Assembly: GCA_973895155.1 (NCBI GenBank)
Contig: OZ316895.1
Span: 19,234,803 to 19,298,802, forward strand
Length of the DNA: 64,000 nucleotides
Direction: 5' to 3'
Source of the DNA: Marsupella aquatica
Taxonomy: Eukaryota > Plantae > Marchantiophyta
The position numbers and the translations under genes are program-made. The notes under the pieces were generated by a model. It saw nothing but the letters and a program-made list of their open reading frames with translations. It ran no database searches and was not told the DNA's origin. This document shows, piece after piece, positions 37,537-49,700 of this stretch (the stretch's first letter is position 1; every line of letters starts with the position of its first letter).

Positions 37537-39066
37537 TTAACTAAATACCCATTCAACATCTAGTAGAATGCTCAGAATTCCTATAAACCACGCGGATTCT
37601 TCCTTCCTAAGATGTAGTGGAGTTTCACCGACAATCAGAATTGGCTGGCTCAATAACACCAAATCCAATGGATCAAGCTTGAAGACCATTTTGTAAACCC
37701 AGTACAAATGCTTACAAGGCATGAAAGGTCTTCCTCAAGAATGCCGGCAAAAGAAATCCTCACAAGAGCAATAGGGGAATATGCAAATTTGCACCCAATA
37801 AGTGTTTGCCATTCTCAGATGAGCTTGTGTTTGGATGAGTCGTCGTTTCCCATAAGAGTTCCTTGAGGACGTCCAATGTTGTGACGAGAGTCATTGTTTC
37901 CTTAGCAGCAGATTCAATCCTTCTATGGTATATCCCAGAGTAAGATTGATTTGGGGTTCATTGGGCGGTCGTTCCTAATTTGAGAATGGATGTTGATTTG
38001 TGCCATATTGATCTTCAATCTCAGGAATAACGTCAATGTTGATTCTCAAATCAAAAGGCGTAGGGCTGGCGGCCACGCTTTGGTCTCGTGTGAGGATTGC
38101 AACACCCTGTTCTTCCAAGAAACTTAACTCCAAGTTTGACAGGTTTGTTCCTTACAGTATTGGCAAGGACACTGGATAAGGAGGCAGGTTTGCTATGCCT
38201 TGACGTGGGCATCTCTTCCAATAACTGTCGTTGGGGCAAAACCACACAAACTTTGCAAGAGGTTCACCTCTGAATAGGCAATGTCCTTTCACAACAACTC
38301 TGATCACACCAGCATTGGAAGGATATCCAACCTTCTTAATCCAATTTCAACACTCATCATGATCGCATCTCTTGGACAATGTCCCCTTACCTAGACCAGG
38401 CCCAAGTCTTGAAATTTGACAAAGATGCCAAGACCTGGGTTCAACATCCATCTCCAAAAGCGACGTGTCACAAAGGACTGGAGTTTGGTTTAAAGAGAGT
38501 TGTGGTAATTATGTGGAAGATGGTGTACCTTGACCAAAAGGTGGAGAGTCCTGCATGTTGTTCGGGTTTTCACTCCCAATCAAATCAATCGGTGTTTCAA
38601 GAGAACTTGGCAGAATATGAGAAAACTGAGTTGAGTTCAGACTTCTCTTTTTCAATCCCCATGTATTCAACGTTGTTATCAGAATTGTGTCATGACGCTG
38701 GGAGTCTTGTGCCTAGACATTCCCTATTGCTCGACCTTTTCTTTTGACAGATTTGGTTACAAAATCACCGCTCAATGGAGAATTCCTCTCCAAATCAAAT
38801 TCCGTCGCATTAGCTAGTAGAATATTAGAAGCCTCTTCGAACAATCGAGGGTACCCAACCTGATCTACCAAACGAAAAGCTAGTTCAAACACCGTAGGAC
38901 TTGTACCTCTATGTAACCCATCACGATAGGCTGTATAGGTAGCAATTTGGGAGATTGCACGATTGTGGTCAGTTTTACAACCCTCAAATAAACCACCAAT
39001 TTTCTTCCCCTGCCAAGATTTCATGATACCATGAACTGCCTCAGATCCAGTGCAATTAGGAATCAT
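37537..39066 (-). pseudogene. Decayed SWIM-zinc-finger transposase-like gene (Zisupton-like or MULE-like)
   Basis: YWVQICIFPYCSCEDF...PCKHLYWVY is a CxC-xn-CxH SWIM finger; upstream PNCTGSEAVHG...GLFEGCKTD...G.SP...EL segment; many stops. Confidence 0.55.
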
Positions 39067-39728
39067 CCCTCCTTGTGCACTTTTGCTATGCAGGAAGGCC
39101 AGAGTTGGTCAAATCTTGAATATTAATTTGGAAGACATGTTGGTATTATCCACAATACTTATGAATTAAAAGTAGAGTCGGGCGTTGACAAAAATGCTAA
39201 GAGAATTAAGAAAAATAGTCCTAATAGTAGCGCTCAACGCTTGTTTAGAAGTGGATCTTTTTCAGCAAGGACGTAGCCACTGAAGTTAGCAACGCGACGC
39301 ACTGATCAAATTTCAATTCTAATGATGGGTGGTACTTGGCATTTTGGTTATTCCCTAAGGTGATCAAAACAAGGGAGTTTCCCAAAGTTTTACCCACCCC
39401 AACCAAAATTTGAGTAATTTTTTTGTCGGATTTTGGTTTCAATTTTGGTTTTCAATGTTGGACTCCTAGCGTTGTGGGCTACATGACGGTGTTTAGTTTT
39501 GAGTTTTTTGAGAAGTTTCAAAAAATAATATTTTTTTGTGATTTTCTCACATGAGTGACTTGGAGGAGACTAGAAGAATTGATTTGCGTCGAACGGTCAG
39601 ACGTAGTGTTTGAGGAAGAGCTTGTACCATTCAAGGAGGAAGGATTGTCATCGATACAATCACCGATGCAACGAGTGGAGGAAGTAGTCATACTACCGGA
39701 GCTAACGGTAGTTGTGAAGGAAAAAGAG

Positions 39729-40135
39729 ATGGCATCCAAGTTCAAAGGTGTCAATTTTGAGGTGGAAAAGTATGATGGGCGTATGGACTACTTGCTCTGG
39801 GAGAAGTGAGTGAAAGGAGTTTTTTGTGCTATGGGCCTAGATCATCTTCTCTCTACATGAAAGATGTACGATGGTGAAGAGGAGATTCCACTGAAGAGGT
39901 TGAGGCAAGAACAAGTGATTGTAGTGAATGCGGTGATGCTTTTTTTGAAGCCGCACATCATCAAGAAGTTGGGTGATTACGAGAATTGTGCATCTTTGTT
40001 CAAAGCCCTAAGGGAGAAGTACTATCGGGAGGATGCCTCAGACCAATTGTACAAGAAGTCTCTCTTGATGAGCCTGAGACTCAAAGAGGGGAACAAGCTT
40101 CAGGATCATTTGGATAAATTTGACAACCTAGTTGT
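39729..40135 (+). pseudogene. Ty1/copia gag N-terminus, interrupted by the Bianca-like element
   Basis: FEVEKYDGRMDYLLWEK and LFKALREKYY...LMSLRLKEGNKLQDHLDKFDNLV, typical copia gag. Confidence 0.8.
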
Positions 40136-40307
40136 TGTTGTAACCTAAGTTAACTAGACCATAGATGAGGTTAACTAGGATAAAGCCTACTCTAGTTAGG
40201 CCATACTAACTGCCTAACCACCAGGCTATTGGAAAGCCTATATATAAAGATATGGAAGGGAATGGAAGTTTAGTCATTCACTCTATTGCAATACGTTATC
40301 AGCACGA
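40136..40307 (+). promoter_or_regulatory. About 158-bp 5' LTR (40136-40293) plus primer binding site
   Basis: TGTTGTAA...TTGCAATA termini, internal TATATAAA, followed by CG-TTATCAGCACGA (Bianca-type PBS). Confidence 0.7.
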
Positions 40308-40677
40308 TGCTGAATAATTGATTTTTTTTAGGGATTCACATTTTTGAGCAAATCTTGGCACTTTTTAGGATAGGATTGAAGGCAAGTGAAACCAAGATGG
40401 ATTGAAGGTCGGAGCCATTAAGCGGGACAGGATGTCATAGACCATCAAGATTGAGACTAAACGGATTGAATCAAAACAACTGGAAGATATAAATCAGATC
40501 GAGTATTGAGATAAGAAATCCAAATCTCCCAACCACATTTTGCAATTCTAGATCCTACTACTCAACTTCATTATTTAAATAGAATCGAGCCAAGACATCC
40601 AACTTTCCAAATTCCATAGAGATCAAAGTAGAAACTCTTTCTTTCCAAAAGACATTATATCAATAGAACTCAAAAAG

Positions 40678-42466
40678 ATGTCAACATCCACGAATTTGAT
40701 GGAGAAACTCTTATTTCAATCCCTAAGCATTGATAGCTTGAATTACTTGTCCTGGTTGCTAGATGTTGAAGCTCATCTAACCTCAAAGAACCTACAGGAT
40801 ACAGTCATAACCGACAATGGACTAACCCTCCAACATTTGCGCAGGCATTAATACTAATTAGACATCATCTGAGTGACTCCTTGAAGAGGCAGTACATGAA
40901 CGAATATAACCCGAGGGTCCTTTGGGAAGAACTCCAAGCACGCTTTGATCACACTTGCACCATATATCTGCCAGCAGCCAGACATGACTGGATCAATCTC
41001 AGAGTCCAAGATCATAAGACAATTGCAGACAACAATTGCGAATTATTCTGAATAGTATCACAATTGTGGCCACATAGTAAACAACGCAGAACAAATAGAG
41101 AAAACTCTATCCACCCTACATTCCACCAATCTCATTCTCTCCACCCAATACCGGAACATGCAATTTACTAGATACTCCGAGCTGATCGCCCATATGCTCC
41201 TGGCCGAGAAGCACCAATTATTGCTATTACATAACTCACAAAAGAGACCCCCCGGAACCCTTCCTCCAGTCACAAATCCAGAAACACACTATGCCACAAC
41301 ACAAAGAGGAGATGGGTCCTCTTACCGTGGCCGAGGAAGCTTCAGGGGGAGAAACTCATATAGAGGTCGTGGTAGCTCTTTCAGAGGACGCAGAGGCAGA
41401 AGTAACTCCTTCAGAGGCAGATCCAGAGGAAGATATCAAACAAATGGTGGTAACTCGAGAAACAATTGGCAATGAGACAACTACCAACCTCGAGCAAGGA
41501 CAAATCAACTGCAAAATGCTCCAAGAGATAAATACGAAAACCCCTCTACATATTTCCGTTGTGGCACTAAAGGGCACATCCAAAAATTCTGTCGTGCCCC
41601 TGTACACTTAGGTGCAATTATATAAGAATTTAAGCATTGCACAAAATGAACTAGAGACATATGGGACTTTCCTTGAATCTACATAAATAATACCTTCCAT
41701 AAATATGGTCATGCAAAATACCACACCTCACCTCAGCACAAAAGAAAACTTTTCCCACTACATAGTAGATATATAGTGGCACATTGCATTCTATTTTGAA
41801 ACACAAAGAATACTTCAAGCATATTACACCATCACAAAGGAAACTCACGACTATTATGGGCCAACACCAACTGGAAGAGGGATTTGGACCAGCATTAGTC
41901 ACTTTACCCCGTAAGAACAACGATTCAGGTGAAGTCTGCAATATACGCCCCAAAGGCAACAAGAAACCTACTGAGCTTCGGGGACATCCGAGCTAACAAT
42001 TTACACATCAAGACCGGTACCCAACATGGACAGGAAGTCTTGTATATCACTTCTGGGGAACCACCAAATGCAGAGATTAGAGAGACTTTGAGTGCATCAC
42101 CACCTGGTTGCTACACTACCAAAATTCATAGCTTCCTCACTGATGCACCCCAAGGCTCAATCACTGACATTTGGCATAGGAGATTGGGCCACCTTGGAAT
42201 GACAATGTTCCAGAAACTCATCAGAGAAACCCAAGGAATACCAGCATCGGTCCACCCTACGTCTATGCACGTCCCTTGCTTAGCTTGCTCACATGGCAAG
42301 TTAATAATTTGGCTCTCACCACCAACAACTGAATGCCACATCCCCAACTTCTTGGAACGCATACACGCCAACGTGTGCGGACCAATTGACACCCCAAGTG
42401 GCCCATTCCAATTTTTCATGGCTGTCATAGACGCATCCACAAAATGGTCTCAAATATCTCTGTTAT
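40678..42466 (+). pseudogene. Bianca-like gag, protease and integrase N-terminus (decayed)
   Basis: MSTSTNLMEKLLFQSLSIDSLNYLSW; RG-rich gag segment; RNLLSFGDIR; WHRRLGH...CLAC; RIHANVCGPI. Confidence 0.9.
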
Positions 42467-45400
42467 TGTCACGTCATCAGCCTTGGCCTTAACTCGGGCT
42501 TCAGCTTTAAACGGGCACCTCCTTCATAAATACGAGGGTTCGGGCAGGGAGGGAAGCGTGTAATGCACCTAATTCACGTAAACTGGCGCTAAGTGCGCCT
42601 ACTGTTAGATACGGACATCTCCTAGGTATGGTTTATGTTCCGCCGCCGGAACGTACCTTAGTCGATAACAGGATCGACCCCGGCTTAAGGACTTCTAAGC
42701 CTTCATGTTGTCCGCCTTTGATCCGGATTCAATGATACAGGTCCTCAACCCATGCTCGCAACCACATACCCGCAAGCTGCACCCCGTGCACGACTCGGGT
42801 AGTGCGTTCGGCCCGGCGTTGCCACCTATACACAAGATTCACACACACATACACGCGTACAAGCATACAATCTCGATTTACATGAAGGAAATAATGGGAA
42901 AGGATTTTACTACATAGGGGACATGTGCGTACACTTGGTTGACCCGACAGCTCCGAAATAAACAGGTTCAAGGCCCGACGAGCTTAGTCCTACCCCCTCC
43001 CCTTGGTACTCTTTCACTCCCAGAGGTCGGGACTCCCCGCGCATACCACGGATGTCCAACTTTGAGACTAAAACCCCCCCGCTGCCTCCACCAAGGGGTG
43101 CACTAAATACTAAGGGCCGGGGAACGGAGTGTCCTCCCGCCCAAAGATTTGCTGACTTAGGTCCTAACTAATCTGACTGTCAGGCCAAAAAACGGCTGTG
43201 TCTTATTAGAAGATCCTAATCTACGTAGGCTGGACAGCATGGCAGTGCTGCGGTAACTAAGGCAGGTGCTTGTCCCAATAGCCTGACTAGCTACTCCTAA
43301 CCCTATTCTATTCCTACTTCGCCACTAATGCCTGGCACGCTTGCCAGAGCTGCCCGAGTGGGAGCGGCCATCCCGCTGCTTACGAAGTCTGTCGTTGTCC
43401 GCCTTGAGGAGCTGGACCTGGTCCAGCAGAGATTCGTTCTCTCGCTTCGCCGCGTCTGTCTCCTCCGCTGCCTCCTGGCATGCCTCCTCCAGCTGCTGGG
43501 CATCGCTCGTCAGCTTGCCCGCCAGCTGGTCTTGCTTCTCAGCTTCGGTTTGGAGCCGTGCCACTTCGGCCTGTAGCGTGGCTATCTCCGTAGTGTCCCG
43601 CTGGGCCCGTTCCTCGGCCTCCTTCAGGTCCTTCTGCCAGATGACAATTTGATTCTTCAAACTGTCAATCTGGTTCCGGAGTCGTGCAATCTTGGCCTCG
43701 TTCCCAGCTTTGGCCTGCTCGGCTAGGGCGGTAAGGGCGTGTGCCTTTGCTAACAAATCATCGGCGGCTGCAACTTTGGGTTGTAGTTGCAGAAGCTCAG
43801 CCTCTTGAGCCGCAACTTCGTTCTTTAAGTATACGGACTCCACCCGGTACCGCTCTATCCTCTGAAGGGCCTTTGACTGGGCCCGACCTGCCTTTACTGC
43901 GGCAACTAACTCTTGATTGAAGAAATAGGCTACCTTTCGGGCCATGAACTCCCCGGTATCCCGGGCAATTTGATGAGAGAAATCTCCCAGAAGCCCGTTC
44001 AGAAATGTACCTGATATGAAGAGTTCCGGGTGGTCCAGGTTGTGCCTGTCCGGAGTTGGGCACGGGCAGACGTCAACAGGCGCGGGGGCCGGGGCAGTGA
44101 CATCCAGCCCTGGGGACGTAATGTTGGAAGGGGCTGGAGTATCCTTCGGCAGTAATGTCCGGTTCTCCGGAATAGCCACCGGTGGGTCTTTGGGAGACCC
44201 GGGCTCGAGTAAGACCTCCACCGTACCGACTTCTGTACTTAGCCCGGCCTGTTGGATCGCATCCACGGTTGCGATAACCGACCCATTCGGTACCTGGTTA
44301 CGACTATAGCTACTTGTGGGGTGGGTGAAGCTTGCGTGTCCGCTGGACTTTGGGCCTCGGGTTGGGGCCGTCTCTCCAAGGCCGGAAAAACCCACCTAGC
44401 TGGGACAAGCTTTGTAACGTTGACACGGGGAAGGGTTCGTCGATCAAACCGAGCGTACCACTCAAGAATGATCTCGATGTGGCTAGCAAAATACGCCTTC
44501 CCGCCAATGTACAGCGTCTTCCTTCGCCGCTCCATCTCTTCATGGAATTTCTTAGCAAAGTACGACGCCCACTTCCTAGGTCGATAGTTCTTGACCTGGA
44601 TAACCTGAGCGGCGGAGATCTCCCCCCGGGGTTCCATCATGTGGAGGGCGTACCTTTGGAACTCCAGTCGCTCAGCTATCTCGGGGATGAGGCAGGTCCT
44701 CATCACGAACCTGTTGTCCACTGCTCCTTCTGAGGGAAAACTCGAGGATTGGTACTTGGCTCCCTTGCCCCCGGGAGCCCGTGATTCGACTCGATGGTCA
44801 CCTTTGGGTAATCCGAAGATGATCTTGAGCCGTTCTTCCATGAGGGACATATTCCTTCCCCGCAGCCGAGTATGCTGACGTGCATCATCATAATTCTTGA
44901 TGAATTCTGTCATGTCCTCCCCGTAGTACCTGCAAGTGTTCCAGGGCAGGGCGGCGAGGTGCTCGAATCCTTGAGTCTTCAGGTACACCGCATGCTTGGG
45001 ATGGAGGATGTTCTTATGCACGTTTTCCCCCATGCGGTGCATTGTCACCTTGGCCACGGCTACCGTGGCCAATGGTGACCCGGATGCAATGGCGGGTTCC
45101 TTCCTCTTCTTCCCCCGTGACTGGCTCGGGGAAGGTGACACCTCCCCATCCTCTCGATCGGGCATAGGTAGTGCTACCGCCGTTAGTATTGGTCCCGGGG
45201 CGGCCACAGTCACCGTGTTGTCTGCTGGAGCCGCTCCTTGGGTCCAAGCATGGGGAGGGGACGATGTAGTGTCGGCCCCCTGAGTGTTTGCTCCTCTGGG
45301 TCGCCTGAGCAAGGGTGGGGTAGCCTCATCGTCGTCGCTAAGGTCCACAACGTTGATGATGGAGCGTACTTGTACTGCTGGTGGGGCGATCGGCGGTGGG

Positions 45401-46433
45401 GGTTGGCTAGGATGAGGCTGAGACTGAGACTGAAGTTGAGCCTGAGCCTGAGTCTGCATTGGTACGGGTACGGGTATGGGGTCCACTGGGCTGGCGCCGG
45501 TGGTTGCAGGTCTAGTTCCCATGAAGCTCTACAGGTGCTGGTAGAAGTTCTCCGAAGCAAGTGCGGATGACCTTGTCGAACGGGTAGTGCTGGACTCGCT
45601 GTTGATGATAGCCCAAACCTGAGCAGGGATGTGGTTGAAGTGATGTCGTTGCAAGTCGATCGTACCCGGGATATTGAAGACCTCGTCCAGAAGCCGAAGC
45701 AATGCTTCCCAGAAACTGATATATTTGTCTCCGTTGAAGAAGTACCCAGATACCTCTGCTAGTCGGTAAAGCTCGCTCTGAGACGGGTAGTCAAAGTTAA
45801 GGATGTAGTGGTGTCGTCCTGCTAGGCGGATGGCTCTCTCGTACTCGCATTCGATTTCGTATCGGCGCGGGTTGGCGTGTTTCAATGAGTCGGCCAAGTG
45901 TCTTCCGGTAGATAGGAACTGCGTCCAGAATCGAATGGCCAAACTGGAGAGGATCGTGTGCGACATTCAGAGGAGATAGTAGTGGCGACTTAGAGCAAAC
46001 GAGAGAGCTGGGGTCGAAGCTGGCGCGTGGACTGATGGACTGGTGCACTCCAAAGGGTCGGCTCCCTTTTTATACCTTGAGGGCTTGCCGATCCCCCGAT
46101 ATCTCCTCGTTGCCTATAGGCTGAACCGTTCACGCTTGTAGTGTACCGGCCACTCCGCCGGTCTGAGTCACCGTGTGTCAGTGGACGCCTCCCGAAGTTT
46201 GTTATACGGACCCGAGGGAGGGGCCCCTCCATGCTCGTAACCCGGGCGTGCAAATGGCGATGCGCCGCCAGCCCGAACATGAATTCCCCTTATTGACTAA
46301 TGATTTCCTACTCATAATGGCTACCTAAATACTGTCGTTATGCTAATCATAGCGGCCTAAGATACTCCTAACGCTCGTGCTAGGCACGGTTTAGACCGAA
46401 TTACTCATTACTCGCCGTACTGGCGGCGTCACA
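42467..46433 (-). mobile_element. Solo LTR, 3967 bp, protein-coding
   Basis: Minus-strand termini TGTGACG...ACGTGACA; TSD GTTAT at 42462-42466 and 46434-46438; splits copia integrase cleanly; no gag, pol, PBS or PPT inside. Confidence 0.92.
43325..45966 (-). pseudogene. LTR-embedded accessory ORF (about 880 codons reconstructed) with one stop and one frameshift
   Basis: ORFs 45966-45529 and 45522-44239 share a frame separated by TAG, then shift into 44395-43325 (coiled coil); several blocks align with the 1124-aa LTR protein. Confidence 0.85.
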
Positions 46434-46734
46434 GTTATCCACCCAAAACTTGGTCTTTTCCAGACTGCTAGCCCACATTCTAAAATTGAGAGCACAATTT
46501 CCTGAAAATTAGATCAAGACTCTCAGAGTTGACAGTGCAAGAGAATTTACCTCCAAAACGTTTTCAAGAAGATTTCTGCCAAGCTGTGGCATAGATGTCC
46601 AGTACCCGGTCCCCCATGTCCACTTCCAAAATGGGATTGTTGAATCCCTGATTAAACGCTTACTATGGCCTCTACTAATGCAGACAAACCTCCCAACAGC
46701 AGCCTGGGGTCATGCCATTCTTCACTCCGCTGCA
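46434..46734 (+). pseudogene. Copia integrase core fragment between the two insertions
   Basis: LRAQFPEN*IKTLRVDSAREFTSK...PHVHFQNGIVESLIKRL...WGHAILH. Confidence 0.9.
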
Positions 46735-49700
46735 TGTGATGCCTAGACAGGAATCACTCGGCCGGTTAAGTGGGTAAAGCAGGAAGGCACCCTAGGAACA
46801 CCTTAGTATAGGGACAAAACAAGGAAAATATAAACAATTAGGGGCAACCATGGAACCCGGGCCGAGGCCGGAGGTAAGGCTGAGGGTGAAAACCCGATTA
46901 GGGTTAGGGCGCGTTAAGCGTCGGCGGCTAGGAAGGATCAACGGGAAGAAGGACCGGCAGAGGAGAGGGGTAAGGAGCGCTTGCAGGAGATGGTGGCTCA
47001 TTTGCGAGCACGAACTAGGCAGACGACTACGGGAGGCCAACTACTGTTAGCTGCTTAGGCAAGCACTCGGGGAGAGAGTAGATACCGACGATCGACCTAA
47101 GGAGGGTATGAGCAACGTCAATCAAGTGGCACATTTCTGGGTATGCCTATTCGAACGGGCAACTGAGTACATCAAGACTTACGAGGACGAGGAATCAGAA
47201 AGGGCAGCTCGAGAATGGCAGGAGCTCGCTCGATTGTGGGAGCTGCAGAAGACGGCTTTCTTAGGAGGCGAACTCATCAAGGACGAGTTCCTGTGGACGC
47301 CTACTTCCAATCAACTCGACGATCTTCTCTTTTGCAAAGACAGCGTCGTCGGCATCCGAGAGGCCATCAAGAACTGCAACGACATACACTGGGAATTAAA
47401 GGGTAGCACGGAAAGGTGGACCCAGGCAACGGTGCTAGGAGAAACCTCCACGGCAGCAGAGATGAAGAGGAAGGGAGCCGTCAATGATGAAGCCACCCCG
47501 GCAAAAAGAACGAGGTCGGCGGCACCAAAGAAGCCAGCCGAGCAACAGAACAGGAGGCAGGGAGAAGCCGAAGAGGAGGAGGTCGATCCCATCAAGGCCA
47601 TTCCAACCAGGGATGACACCTGGAAGGGCTGGGCGGCAACCCTACCGGTGGAGGTGCAACTACATTTTGCACGGGAGGAGGATGCATGCTTTACGGCCAT
47701 GCAGACCAAGAAGTACCAAGGCTTCATGGCCGGATCCGGCTTGGAGGCCTTTGTAAGATTACCATGGCTGAAGCCGGAGGTACCGGAGTCAGACCTATTA
47801 GAATTCTTGGGGTCATGGGAACCCGAGACCAATTGCACGAGGATATATGGGAAGGATTTCTATCTTACTCCCAAGGTAATTGCCGAAGTGTTTGGCCTGC
47901 CGATAGGCAATAAGACCAAAGTTGATACCAGGAAGACCTTGCCTGACAAGGAGTTCCGGTCGTTCCCCGGGCCATCAACGAAGAATGGCTTCTTCCGGAA
48001 CACCTGCACCAACCCGCACATAGGAGAGATGATCGACTTCTTGCGGGTGACCATGCATTGTAACTTGCCGAGGGCAGAGATCGGCAAGGCACAGGTCTAT
48101 CTGGCAGAAAGGCCAGACCCAAGCCGGGACTACAACGGGTACCTCCTCAACCAATTGAAGAAGATCTTAAAGGAAGAGCAGCAGGTAATCGGCATGGGGA
48201 GCGTGTCGCGGCTGGGCTATCACATGCCGCTGTTGTGCCGGTATGCCAGAGGTCAGACTTTTGCCCCGGTACTTCCCCTGCAGGTAAGGGCACCCGAGGA
48301 AGCTCCAACGCCGAGGCCGTTGGCTGAGAAGCCTCAACCACCTGTTAGTCCTACGATCGAGCAGGTGTTTAGGCCCAAGAAGGAAGACTTGCCGATGCAG
48401 CAACCAGGCATGCACAGTCTGCTGAAACTACTGGAGAAAGAAAAGAAATCGGCATCGGCAACAACAACGGCAACGGCAACAATGCAGGACACTACTATAG
48501 AGGTAGGCCTACACCGGCTCACAAGAGAAAACCCCTTTGCTGGAGACAAGGAGAGAATCAGGCCGGAATCCAAGCCAGGTGTTCGAATGTACGTGGGAAC
48601 CTCAAGCTCCAAATCTGAGGCAGAATTGCCTGAAGCTCCTACCAACGAAGAGGAGAGGGAGAAGTCGGACGTCCAAGAGGTAGAGGAGGCAGTGGAGGAC
48701 TGCAGCCATGATAATTCCGGCTATGGGTCGGACCATCACGTTCCAGGAGTAAGGACCTGTGGCCGGTTTGTCCCCACACTTCCAAGGGTAGTGCGAGGGG
48801 ACCCCAACCAGCAGAGTAGCCCTGAGTCTCCCCCACCAGATGTTGCTCCCCCGAGCTTCAACGGCATAAAACAGACGGTGCAGGAATTTCAGGAGCGAAT
48901 CAAGCAGGAGGAGGAGGCCGCCCTAGCTAAGGAAAAGGATTTACCAGGAGGAGATTGGCCGGAGGACATCAGGCGGCTAGCCAAAAAAGGAAGCAAACCT
49001 CTAGCCACGATTGAAGAGATCCGCAGGACGGCTTGGGAGCAGAGGCCGCGATGGGCAATGCCGATCACTTCTACTTACTCCACCTACGCTAAGAATAGAG
49101 CCATGGAGTATGGTGAGATGTGTGGGGAACTTGCGCTCGGCATCTTTGGAGAGGAGTTGGAGGTAGGACCCTTTTTCCATAGGGAGCAGTTGGAGAAGCA
49201 CCAATTAGAAGAAGCGGTGGCTTTAGAGAGAAGCAAGAAGGACGAGGTCATTCGGCGGCTTAGGAGGATGGAAGCCGAGATTGAAGATCTAAGGGCGGCC
49301 AAGAAAGCCCAAGATGAACTGCGGATTAAACGACATGAGCTGAACATCATGCAGGGGCAGTTGGACACCGCGCAGGCTGATAATCAGAATATCAAGGATA
49401 AACTGACTCAGACGCAGGAAGAGTTGGCCGACACGATCAAAGAGAGGGAGAAGTGGAAGCAAGAGCTGAAGAATACAGAGGAGGCCCACATAACAGCCAA
49501 CAGCCGGGCCATGGCGGAGACCCAAAGAAAGGAATGGGCGTTGAAAGGGGAGCTCGAGAAAATCCGCGGAGCCCTTGAGCAGAAGGAGGCCGAGTTAGGG
49601 AAATCCTATCAAGGGATTATGGCGCTGCAGCAGGAGCTTGCATCCCTGACGGCCAACTTCAAGGCCGACCTAAGGGAGAAGGACGAGATGCTCGAACAGA

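Noticed and set aside
39138-39345. 5' LTR and PBS of the outer copia element
   Set aside because: Plausible TG start and a degenerate TGGTAC PBS, but too decayed to support boundaries.
46898-46909. TTAGGGTTAGGG telomere-like motif in the LTR
   Set aside because: Only two units; cannot be distinguished from chance or a generic telobox.
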